A stretch of DNA of 64,000 nucleotides from an uncultured Spirochaetales bacterium (lineage in GTDB: Bacteria > Spirochaetota > Spirochaetia > SPDA01 > CAZSGZ01): the NCBI GenBank assembly GCA_964440465.1, contig CAYTSI010000005.1:151-64150 (forward strand), written 5' to 3'. Shown one piece after another: positions 47,040-56,229 of this stretch. The notes beneath the pieces were generated by a model. It saw nothing but the letters and a program-made list of their open reading frames with translations, was not told the DNA's origin and searched no databases. The translations under genes and the position numbers were made by a program. The stretch's first letter is position 1. The number at the start of each line of letters is the position of its first letter.

Positions 47040-50000
47040 ATGAAACGGACCGTAATGCTGATTGCCCTTTTACTAGGCAGCATACTGCTTGTTTTTACCG
47101 GCTGCACCAGGGAGGAAGCCCCCGGGGCGAAACCTGCTACGGAGGAAAACACGGAGGAGATGAGTGAAAGCCAAAAAATCCAGCGGCAGCTGTATCAAGA
47201 CGCGGCAATTAACGAGGACCTAGCCTCCTATGACATTACCTACTACGAGCCGGACTCGATACAAACGGTAGCGGCGCCGGTGAAGGAATCGGACGAACCG
47301 TTTCAAATTGTCGATTACGGTCCCGTCGAGGAGCTTCCCCCGGAGGTCGTTTATCCGTCGATGTATGTCGTTTTCTCCCAGCCGGTGGTGCCTCTGCGGC
47401 AGCTGGGAGAACCTATGCGTTCGTCTGACATTATGTCAATTGACCCGCCCATACAAGGTACCTTCCGATGGTACGGGACCAGGCTTTTGAGTTTTGACGC
47501 CGATGAAAAGGCCCTTCCCCAGCGGCGTTACACCGTTTCAATTTCGGATACCGCGCGGTCATTAGGCGGCAAAGAGCTGACGGGAGAGAAATCCTTCAGT
47601 TTTCATACCGAATATCTTTCGATTCGGGACTTTTTTACCGGTACAGCGGAGGGGGACTACAGCTTAGATGATGTGCCCCCAGACGAAGCAAAAACAATCC
47701 ACATCGTATTTTCCCACAAGGTCAACCTCAATGTTATCAAAAATTATCTGTCCGTCGAAGCGGGAGGCCGCGGCTATAATTTTACCATTGCCCGTCCCGA
47801 CGACCCGGAAAATCGGCTGTCCGAAGAAATCAAGGAACGGACGGCAGTCCTGCATGTGGAAGGTCTGTTCCCTGAAGATACCGATGTTACCGTAACAGTA
47901 CGGAAAGGGGCGCGGAGTGAAGCCGATTTTATCGGTACGCCGGTGAACATAACACGGAGTTTTCATACCCTCAGGCCCTTCCGGTTTGTGGATTACGATA
48001 CCTGTTCCTGGTCCTTTCCCCGGAGCAGGCAGGGCGAAGCAAATCCGGTATATCTAAAGTTCAGTCATTCCGTAAAAGCCGAGGACCTCACGGGTAAGGT
48101 CCGCACCAATCCGGCAATGGAAATAACGGAAGAGAATGTCGAGGTTTACCGGGACCGGGTCCGGATCAACAATCTGCCCGTTGCCCCCGAGTCGGTATAC
48201 ACTCTGTTTCTGGACGCCGGTATTACCGACGTGTACGGGAGAAAACTACAAAGGAGCGAACAGGTCCGAGTCGAGGTCCCTCCGGCGGAACGCTACGCCT
48301 ATTTTCCGAATACCGGGCCCCGGATGCTGGAGGCCGCGTTCCCGAAGCGGATTATGTGGGAGCACCAGAATGTTTTCGAAGGCCTGTGGAAGGCGGATAC
48401 CGTTTCCGACCCCTACGGGACGTTCAGTCATGAGGAGCTCAGGCCCTACAATTTCGGAGAAATCGAGAGGAATAAACGGTATTTTGAGGTCTACAATTTC
48501 AAGGACTATTTGAACAGTGAAGGATACGGCTGGGTCGGCTTCTCCTGGAACTTCGGGAAGAGGAACAACGACGGCACCATGCCGACATGGACGAAACGGG
48601 ACCTTCGGCTGCAGGTTACCGATTTGGGCCTTACGGTCCGCCACGGTTACAATAAAATTATTACCCTTGTTACTTCCCTCGCGACAGGCGAGGCGGTAGA
48701 GGGTGCCGAGGTAAGCATTACGCGGAAACAGGCCGTTAAAAAGAGCACCGAAACGGATGCCGACGGCTTAGCGGTATTCGAGCTGGAAGAAGGGGAATAC
48801 TTTGAATATTTCGGGGTCCCCGGACGGACCTATGAAAATGAACTGCGGATACGGGTCAAGTACGGAAACGACAAAATAGAATTTAAACCGAATTACAGTC
48901 ACGATACGTGGCGTTCCAATATATACAACACCGCGGCGCCGACACAGATCGGGACCCCGAATATGGTCACCTATCTGTTTACCGACCGCAAACTGTACAA
49001 GCCGGGGGAAACGGTCACCTTCAGAGGTATCGACCGGAACCAGCAGTACGGTAAATACACGCCTTTTTCCGGCGGGTACGATATCGCCGTTCGTGAGTCC
49101 CGGTACCGCGGAAGAGAAATAACCCGTTTCCGCGGTGAAACAACCGGTTCCGGCGGGTTGTACGGGAGTTTTACCCTGCCGGAGGACGCGGAACCGGGGT
49201 GGTATGAAATTGCTTACAGCCGGGACGAAAAAACGGTCCGGGAGCTGTTCCAGGTGGCCCACTTCCGGCGGCTTCTCTTTTCCGTCGATATGTCGAGTCC
49301 CGACATTACCCATTATCAGGGGGACACGGTGAGTTTTACCGTTGCCTCGGAATATCTTGCAGGCGGGGCTCTCAGCCGGGGAAATTACGAGGTCTATTGG
49401 TCGAAACGTCCGGTTACCTACACGCCGCCGGGAGATGACTGGAAGGATTACCGGTTCGGACCGGAAGGGTACGACAGCAGACACAGCCTGGAAACTGCCG
49501 AAGGCAGCCTGCCGCCGACGGGTACTATCAATGTGAAGCAGAAAACATCACCCGAGGGCATCGAGGGGAGGGCCTATGTTTATGAAGCAGAAGCGCGAAT
49601 CAGCGACGTCAGCAATCAGCTTGTAGCAAAGCGGGAGGGTGTAACGGTCCATCCCGCCGCTTTTTACATCGGCGCCCGGGTGAAGGACGCTGCCGGCTCC
49701 TGGTATACCTTTGTGGAAAAGGGAAAGGAGATGGAGTGTGAGGTCCGGCTGGTTACACCGGAAGGCGGCCTTGTAAAAGACGGAGAAAAAATCAGCCTTA
49801 CAGGTGAATTGTATAAAATCGAGTGGAAACTGGCCCAGCAGCAGGGGGTGTATGATACCATCAACTCCCGCTGGGAGCGGGTGGAGACGAAAATCGCCGA
49901 CGAGGAAATAACCCTAAGCAGCGGAAAGGGGACGGCGCGGTTTACCCCCGGGGAGAGCGGTTCGTATTATATCAAATTTACCGCCGAGGACGCCATGGAG

Positions 50001-52820
50001 CGGAAAGCGGTAACGGAACTGAGCTTGTACGCCACCGGCGGCGGGTGGGTCCGCTGGGGGTCCGGAGACGCGGACATGCTGGAGCTGAAACCGGACAAGC
50101 AGCTGTATAAGCCGGGAGATACGGCGAAAATCCTGCTGCAGTCTCCCATTCCCGAAGGGGACTACCTGATAACCGTCGAGCGGGAGGGAATTTTCAATGA
50201 GAGAAAAATCAGCGTGGAAGGATCGGCGAAGCTGATCGAGGTCCCGATTACGGAGGACTATCTGCCGGTTGTGTATGTCAGCGTTTCCTCCTATACGGTG
50301 AGGACCGGCAAACCGGAGCATACCTACTTCGAACCCGATTTAGACAAGCCGAAGGGACTCTACGGCGTTACGCCGCTGCGGGTTGAAACGGCGGCGAAAT
50401 TGATCGATATCAGTATCGAACCGGCGGCACCTGCCTATTTGCCGGGGGCTGAGGCGGAAGTGGTCCTTACCGCGACACAAAACGGCAGGCCCGTGGAAAA
50501 CGCGGAGCTTACCTTTTTGGCAGTCGACCGCGGGGTTTTAGACCTCATCAACTACCATATTACGGACCCGCTTGCATTTTTCTACAGTGAAGGACGGTTT
50601 CCCCTGGCCGTGGAGGGGGCGGATTCCCGGTCCCTCTTAATCGACCCGGTTACCTACGACGTGCCCGACCTGGCAGGGGGCGACGGGAAAGACGGAGAAG
50701 ACGAGGGAGGCGCCGGTATGGGGATGAAAAGGCGGGAGGATTTTAACCCTACCGCGGTTTTCGAGCCGTTTCTCAGTACCGATGAAGAGGGCAGAGTAAC
50801 GGTGCGCTTTACCCTTCCCGATACCCTTACAACGTACCGCTTAACCGCCGTTGCGGTACGGGACAACAGCTTCGGTATTCAGGAAAAAGAGCTGAAGGTC
50901 CAGAATCCCATCAACGTAAAAACCGCCTTTCCGCGGCGTCTCCGCTACCGGGACACCGCCGTCGGCAGCGTGCTGCTTACCAATTTAGACGGCAAAGAGC
51001 ACGAAGTTACCCTGAATATCGAATCGGACATTCTCGGTATCGGAGGAAAAAACTCCAAGACCGTTGCCATACCCGCGGCGTCCACCTTGGAAGTGCCGTT
51101 TCAGCTCTTAGCTGTTTCGCCGGGTACGGCGGAAATTACGGTCACCACGAAGTCCGAAGTCCTGGAAGAACAGCTTGTGGAAACACTAATTGTTGAAAAG
51201 CCCTACATTTTCGAAACATTTGCCACTATCGGGCAGGCGGAGGACTCCGCGGGAGAGGGGATTGTACTTCCTTCCTATGTCGACGACGATGAGGGGAGCC
51301 TTACCATTAACCTTTCCGGTTCCCGGGCCGCCTCGTTAGGAGAGGCAATCGACTATGTAATCGGATATCCGTACGGCTGCATGGAGCAGCGGGCGAGCAA
51401 ACTCTTGCCGCTGGTGCTTTTAGAGGATTATGTCGACGATTTCGCTTTGGAAAATCCCGTCGGGGACATCAGGGGAACGGTGCAGGCCGACCTCGACTTG
51501 TGGGGAGCGTATCAGCGTTCCGACGGGGGGTTCCCCTTCTGGCCGGTCCGGGAAGGTGTATATTCATCCTACTATGCCACTGTCCGTGCCGGACACCTCC
51601 TGGCCCTCGCACGGGACCGGGGCTACACGATTCCGGACGGCCTCAGTGTTCCCGGGCTGCTCGACTATCTGGCCAATCCCCCCTCCTCCGCGCGGGGGAA
51701 CAATTACCTCATGCTCTACGGGCTCTATGTCCGCTCCCTCCTCGGTGCCGGAGTTTCCGGGGAGGCGGCCCGCTATTTTGCCAGGGGTGATGAAATTGGT
51801 ATTTCAGGATACGGATTTTTAGGGCTTATTTACCTGGACCAAAACCAGGACAATCAGGCGGAGCAGTGCCTGAACAGAATTAAGCAGTTTGTCCGGCCCG
51901 GTACCCGGTCCGTTGATCTAACGGAAACATACGAAAGCTCCTCGTTTTATAATTCCCAGGTTGAGCAGCTGGCGCTGTTTCTCATGCTTTACAGCCGGAT
52001 CGACCCCGAAAGCGATATGGTAACCAGGATTACCAACACCCTCATGGACAGACAGAAGGGGGGAATCTGGAAAAATACCGCCGATACAAACTGGGCCATT
52101 CAGGCCTTTACCTCATTACTGCAAGCCGAAGGCGGGGGAGGGCCCGATTTTGCCGCGGAGGTGACAATCGACGGTGAGACAATCGCGGAAGCTGAAATCG
52201 ATTCGATCGCGGAAATTTTCAACCGGAAGCTGCCCCTGTCGGGAAGCGTGCTTACGGGATTCGACCGGGACACCATGTATCCCCTTACATTTACAAAAGA
52301 GGGGGCGGGCCGCCTCTACTATACCGCGAGTCTGCGTTACGCAATTCCTTCGGAAATAAGCTACCCCCGGGACGAGGGGATAGGGATTGTCTATGAAATC
52401 AGCACCGTAGACGGGCAGAAGGTGGAGGGTGCTGCCCTTACCGTCGGTAAAACGTACCGTCTGAAAGCGGTAGTTTCCAGCCACCGCGGCCGGAGCTACG
52501 TAGCTGTCCGTCTGCCCGTGCCGTCGGGGGCGGAAATCCTCGATGCCGCTTTCGTTACCACACCGAAGTACGACGAATTTCAGGACCCGGACGTCGACTG
52601 GTCCCGGTATGTTCCATTCGGGTCGAAAATATTCGACAACGAAGTGCGCTATTTCTGGGACGAGTTCCCCCGGGGGCGGCAGGAGGTGAGTTTTCTCTTC
52701 CGGACGACCAGCGGCGGTGTTTTTCCCACGCCTCCGGCAACGGCGGAATGTATGTACGAACCGGAAATTTTCGGCCGGACCGGGGGGAGGATCTTTATTA
52801 TCAAACGGGATGAGGAGTAG
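47040..52820 (+). CDS. Bacterial alpha-2-macroglobulin-family lipoprotein (1926 aa)
   Basis: Lipobox VFTGC; thioester-region motif GYPYGCMEQ; very large multi-MG-domain protein. Confidence 0.85.
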   Translation: MKRTVMLIALLLGSILLVFTGCTREEAPGAKPATEENTEEMSESQKIQRQLYQDAAINEDLASYDITYYEPDSIQTVAAPVKESDEPFQIVDYGPVEELPPEVVYPSMYVVFSQPVVPLRQLGEPMRSSDIMSIDPPIQGTFRWYGTRLLSFDADEKALPQRRYTVSISDTARSLGGKELTGEKSFSFHTEYLSIRDFFTGTAEGDYSLDDVPPDEAKTIHIVFSHKVNLNVIKNYLSVEAGGRGYNFTIARPDDPENRLSEEIKERTAVLHVEGLFPEDTDVTVTVRKGARSEADFIGTPVNITRSFHTLRPFRFVDYDTCSWSFPRSRQGEANPVYLKFSHSVKAEDLTGKVRTNPAMEITEENVEVYRDRVRINNLPVAPESVYTLFLDAGITDVYGRKLQRSEQVRVEVPPAERYAYFPNTGPRMLEAAFPKRIMWEHQNVFEGLWKADTVSDPYGTFSHEELRPYNFGEIERNKRYFEVYNFKDYLNSEGYGWVGFSWNFGKRNNDGTMPTWTKRDLRLQVTDLGLTVRHGYNKIITLVTSLATGEAVEGAEVSITRKQAVKKSTETDADGLAVFELEEGEYFEYFGVPGRTYENELRIRVKYGNDKIEFKPNYSHDTWRSNIYNTAAPTQIGTPNMVTYLFTDRKLYKPGETVTFRGIDRNQQYGKYTPFSGGYDIAVRESRYRGREITRFRGETTGSGGLYGSFTLPEDAEPGWYEIAYSRDEKTVRELFQVAHFRRLLFSVDMSSPDITHYQGDTVSFTVASEYLAGGALSRGNYEVYWSKRPVTYTPPGDDWKDYRFGPEGYDSRHSLETAEGSLPPTGTINVKQKTSPEGIEGRAYVYEAEARISDVSNQLVAKREGVTVHPAAFYIGARVKDAAGSWYTFVEKGKEMECEVRLVTPEGGLVKDGEKISLTGELYKIEWKLAQQQGVYDTINSRWERVETKIADEEITLSSGKGTARFTPGESGSYYIKFTAEDAMERKAVTELSLYATGGGWVRWGSGDADMLELKPDKQLYKPGDTAKILLQSPIPEGDYLITVEREGIFNERKISVEGSAKLIEVPITEDYLPVVYVSVSSYTVRTGKPEHTYFEPDLDKPKGLYGVTPLRVETAAKLIDISIEPAAPAYLPGAEAEVVLTATQNGRPVENAELTFLAVDRGVLDLINYHITDPLAFFYSEGRFPLAVEGADSRSLLIDPVTYDVPDLAGGDGKDGEDEGGAGMGMKRREDFNPTAVFEPFLSTDEEGRVTVRFTLPDTLTTYRLTAVAVRDNSFGIQEKELKVQNPINVKTAFPRRLRYRDTAVGSVLLTNLDGKEHEVTLNIESDILGIGGKNSKTVAIPAASTLEVPFQLLAVSPGTAEITVTTKSEVLEEQLVETLIVEKPYIFETFATIGQAEDSAGEGIVLPSYVDDDEGSLTINLSGSRAASLGEAIDYVIGYPYGCMEQRASKLLPLVLLEDYVDDFALENPVGDIRGTVQADLDLWGAYQRSDGGFPFWPVREGVYSSYYATVRAGHLLALARDRGYTIPDGLSVPGLLDYLANPPSSARGNNYLMLYGLYVRSLLGAGVSGEAARYFARGDEIGISGYGFLGLIYLDQNQDNQAEQCLNRIKQFVRPGTRSVDLTETYESSSFYNSQVEQLALFLMLYSRIDPESDMVTRITNTLMDRQKGGIWKNTADTNWAIQAFTSLLQAEGGGGPDFAAEVTIDGETIAEAEIDSIAEIFNRKLPLSGSVLTGFDRDTMYPLTFTKEGAGRLYYTASLRYAIPSEISYPRDEGIGIVYEISTVDGQKVEGAALTVGKTYRLKAVVSSHRGRSYVAVRLPVPSGAEILDAAFVTTPKYDEFQDPDVDWSRYVPFGSKIFDNEVRYFWDEFPRGRQEVSFLFRTTSGGVFPTPPATAECMYEPEIFGRTGGRIFIIKRDEE

Positions 52821-52832
52821 AAACAGCCGGTG

Positions 52833-52862
52833 ATTAACCCGCTCGGAAATGAGCGGGTTAAT
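52833..52862 (+). terminator. Perfect 12-bp stem-loop just after A2M stop (weak/no U-tract)
   Basis: attaacccgctc ggaaat gagcgggttaat. Confidence 0.35.
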
Positions 52863-53118
52863 TAAGTGACAAGGCCCCTCGCCCGCGGAGGGTTCCCGGC
52901 CCCGTCCTGCTACGTCTTCTGGCTGACGGTATGAAAAGTATGCGGATAGTCCTTCCCGCTCACGTGGCAGTGGACCAACCGCGTAGAAACCCTCCACCGA
53001 ACACAGCAGCGCGTCTGCAGCGGAATTACACCGCAATTCCGTATAGCAGGACGGTTAGAAATCACCAACTGTCGGCAGTATACTATTCATCCGCCGGGAA
53101 TGCAAGCAAAAATCCGGC

Positions 53119-53382
53119 TTGATCTTCCGGTATCCGGGGTTTATATTTGTATTAATGAAAAAGACAATAATTCTCCTGCTGGTCCTGATGTGCGCGGTCC
53201 CGGTTTTCGGACTGGAGAGTATTTCCGTATATGGACGCCTGGTCGATTACGCCTGGGCGCATTCCTCGGATGAATTGGCCCTGCTGCTTTTTCGGGGGAA
53301 GGGCATCCCGATGTATATTTTTACAACGGACCTGAGCTGCTTCTGCGGACCGATGTATATCCCGGCATCATTACACTTGTAG
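53119..53382 (+). CDS. Small secreted protein (signal peptide); possibly 5' part of a frameshifted gene continuing in 53409..53696
   Basis: MKKTIILLLVLMCAVPVFG signal. The downstream ORF's frame stays open back to a TGA near 53273, and a TTTTTCGGGGG homopolymer lies in the overlap. Confidence 0.4.
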   Translation: MIFRYPGFIFVLMKKTIILLLVLMCAVPVFGLESISVYGRLVDYAWAHSSDELALLLFRGKGIPMYIFTTDLSCFCGPMYIPASLHL

Positions 53383-53408
53383 GCTGGGATGAAGGGTACG
53401 CGTACTGC

Positions 53409-53696
53409 ATGTCCGATGTACTCCTCGATGCGGGGATGACACAGGGTGAACGGGAGGAGTCGTACCGGAGGAGCGGAGAGGCCGAAGATGGCATTTCCTT
53501 TCGGGATTCGAAGTATTTTGTTGATGAACGGCTCAGGCTGTACCGGATCGATCCGGAAACAGGGACGGCGGTAGAATCCGAGAAATATTACAAGGAGCTG
53601 ATTAGCACTTCCTCCAGCGGTACCTACACTGTTGACTTTTCACAAATTACGCTTCCGGAGTCGGGATTCTCTCAGATTACCGTCAGCATTTTTTAA
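53409..53696 (+). CDS. Hypothetical protein (possible 3' part of frameshifted gene)
   Basis: ORF with no signal peptide; see previous feature. Confidence 0.35.
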   Translation: MSDVLLDAGMTQGEREESYRRSGEAEDGISFRDSKYFVDERLRLYRIDPETGTAVESEKYYKELISTSSSGTYTVDFSQITLPESGFSQITVSIF

Positions 53697-53851
53697 GCGG
53701 GCCGTATGGACCATCCCGGGCACGCCCGTCACCACCTTAAAATTGTTGAAGACCTGCCGCTGTCGCAAATAGAAGGGCTGAAAAGCGGCGCGAAGGAGAT
53801 GCTCCACGATCGGCATTTGATTCCCCTTTAAAAAAGGCGTACATTGTTGGC

Positions 53852-55759
53852 ATGAACGACAAAGAAAACCAATTTCAAAATCAATTTGACAAACTGCCCG
53901 GCTTTTCCGGCGGGGACAACGGCAACTTTTTCCGCAAATGGGGACCGCTGCTTCTCCTGCTCCTTCTGTTTACCATTCCCTGGATCGTGACCCTCTTTTC
54001 CGGAGGGGTAACCCGTACACAGGTAAGCTATTCCTTTTTTATTCAACAGCTGAACGAGGGAAATATCGAGTCCGTGCTGGTCCGCGGCGAAGAAATACAA
54101 GGAACGCTGAAGGAAAATGCCCTGACGCTGTCGACGGAAGGGGACGGCGGGGGGACGGAGGTGCGCCGGTTTACCACATTTTATCCGGCAAAGATCAGCA
54201 GTTCGCTCATTTCCGACCTCCAGGGCGGCAATGTTGTGGTATACACCCAGCCTGAAAGGGAGGGGGATTTTTTTACCGTTCTTCTGAATATTCTTCCGTT
54301 TCTTTTTATTTTCTGGATCATTTTTCGGCTTTCCAAACGGATGCGCGCCCAGGGCGGAGGGCTGTTCAATGTTGGCCGGAACAAAGCGAAAAAATATGAA
54401 AAGAAACGGCAGGAGGAAACCACCTTTGACGATGTGGCAGGGATAGAATCGGCGAAGGCCGAACTCAAGGAAATTGTCGATTTTTTAAAGAAGCCGGACA
54501 AGTACCGCAATTTCGGCGCGAAAACGCCGAAGGGAGTACTGTTAGTGGGTCCTCCGGGGACCGGAAAAACGCTCCTTGCCCGCGCGGTCGCGGGGGAGGC
54601 GGATGTGCCCTTTTTCAGCATCAGCGGTTCCGATTTTATGGAAATGTTTGTCGGTGTCGGCGCTTCACGGGTGAGAAATCTGTTTCGGGACGCAAAAAAG
54701 CAGCAGCCGAGTATTATTTTTATCGACGAACTCGACTCCATCGGCAGGAGCCGGGGCGCGGGTTTAGGGGGCGGACACGACGAGCGGGAACAGACCCTCA
54801 ATCAGCTCCTTTCCGAACTGGACGGATTCGAGCAGGACGAAAGCACAATCGTTCTAGCCGCTACCAATCGGCCGGACATTCTCGACCCCGCTCTGCAGCG
54901 CCCGGGAAGGTTTGACCGGCAGATTACCACAAATCTGCCGCCGAAGAAGGACAGAACGTCTATTCTGCGAATCCACAGTAAAAACAAACCATTGGCGGAA
55001 TCCGTGGACCTCGAGCGGCTTGCCTCGAGCACACCCGGGTTCAGCGGCGCGGATTTGGCAAACCTGCTGAACGAGGCGGCCTTGATCGCGGTAAAAAACG
55101 GGAAAAAGGAAATTGAACAGGAGGACCTTGATACGGCCAGGGACAAGGTGATACTTGGTCTTGAACGGAAAAGTGTCGTCATGAGCGACCGGGAAAAGGA
55201 GATTGTAGCGTATCACGAATCGGGGCATGCCTTAGTGGCGGCGCTCCTTCCCAATGCGGAGCCGGTCCACAAGGTCACCATTATCCCACGGGACCGTTCC
55301 ATGGGGGCGACGCAGCAGCTTCCCGAAGAAGACAGGTATCTGTATGAACTCGCCTATCTGCAGGACCGGATTTCGGTAATGATGGGAGGCCGGGCGGCTG
55401 AAAAACTGAAAACCGGTACCCTGACAAGCGGCGCGGAAAACGACTTGAAGGAGGCACAGAAACTCGCGCGGAAAATGGTCCTTGACTGGGGAATGGCGGA
55501 ACAATTCGAGAATATCGCCATGGGCAGCCAGCGGCAGAATGTTTTTTTAGGTGAACAGATCGCGGCTGAAAAAGAGTACAGCGAAGAGACAAACCGGCAC
55601 ATCGATGAAGCGGTGCAAAAACTGCTGACCGATGCTTTTAACCGGGCAACGGAAAACTTACAGGAGCAGGAGAAAGTCCTGGACGGTATTGCCGAAATAC
55701 TGCTGCGGGAAGAGGAGATATCCGGGCGGCAGATTTATGAAATGCTCCACACACAGTGA
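53852..55759 (+). CDS. ftsH: ATP-dependent zinc metalloprotease FtsH
   Basis: [18 protein letters not shown] Walker A, SRH region, HESGHAL zinc motif. Confidence 0.9.
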   Translation: MNDKENQFQNQFDKLPGFSGGDNGNFFRKWGPLLLLLLLFTIPWIVTLFSGGVTRTQVSYSFFIQQLNEGNIESVLVRGEEIQGTLKENALTLSTEGDGGGTEVRRFTTFYPAKISSSLISDLQGGNVVVYTQPEREGDFFTVLLNILPFLFIFWIIFRLSKRMRAQGGGLFNVGRNKAKKYEKKRQEETTFDDVAGIESAKAELKEIVDFLKKPDKYRNFGAKTPKGVLLVGPPGTGKTLLARAVAGEADVPFFSISGSDFMEMFVGVGASRVRNLFRDAKKQQPSIIFIDELDSIGRSRGAGLGGGHDEREQTLNQLLSELDGFEQDESTIVLAATNRPDILDPALQRPGRFDRQITTNLPPKKDRTSILRIHSKNKPLAESVDLERLASSTPGFSGADLANLLNEAALIAVKNGKKEIEQEDLDTARDKVILGLERKSVVMSDREKEIVAYHESGHALVAALLPNAEPVHKVTIIPRDRSMGATQQLPEEDRYLYELAYLQDRISVMMGGRAAEKLKTGTLTSGAENDLKEAQKLARKMVLDWGMAEQFENIAMGSQRQNVFLGEQIAAEKEYSEETNRHIDEAVQKLLTDAFNRATENLQEQEKVLDGIAEILLREEEISGRQIYEMLHTQ

Positions 55760-55761
55760 AG

Positions 55762-55790
55762 TTGACCTGCATTTTTTCTTTTAGTATATT
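55762..55790 (+). promoter_or_regulatory. Near-consensus sigma70-type promoter (TTGACC-17 nt-TATATT)
   Basis: ttgacc 55762-55767, tatatt 55785-55790, upstream of 55834 ORF and pbpC. Confidence 0.4.
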
Positions 55791-55833
55791 TACCGTATCA
55801 GTTTCGTAGAGGAGCTGAAAGAGGAGGAGACCT

Positions 55834-56217
55834 ATGGCTACAATAGATTCAACAATAATAGAGCAGCTGCAGTCGATTATCACTTCGGGGGTGGACGACA
55901 GTGAGCAGAAGTGTAAAGCGGCGTTTAAGGAAGTAATGCCGGAAAATCTGCCCGCTGATAAAATGTTTAACGAAGCGGCGGAGAAATTTTCCGACGAAGA
56001 ACTGGCGGAAGTGTGCGGAGAGGTTGCTTTAACGGTACACGCGGGATGCACCCGTGACGATTTTCACAATTGGAACTACGATCATCTCGAGTTTATCATT
56101 GACCTTTCGAACCGTTACGATTTTGATATACCGAAAAATTTTTTAAACGGGCTTCCCGAGCAGCTGATTATCCTGGTTGATTCGGACCATGTGAAAAAGC
56201 CCGAATGCGATGATTAG
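55834..56217 (+). CDS. Hypothetical acidic protein
   Basis: 127-aa ORF with GGAGGAG RBS. Confidence 0.4.
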   Translation: MATIDSTIIEQLQSIITSGVDDSEQKCKAAFKEVMPENLPADKMFNEAAEKFSDEELAEVCGEVALTVHAGCTRDDFHNWNYDHLEFIIDLSNRYDFDIPKNFLNGLPEQLIILVDSDHVKKPECDD

Positions 56218-56229
56218 AAAACAGGCTTA

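Noticed and set aside
52116-53036. 306-aa minus-strand ORF
   Set aside because: Lies antisense over the 3' end of the alpha-2-macroglobulin gene, whose thioester motif region is intact; Arg/Pro-rich low-complexity translation typical of shadow frames.
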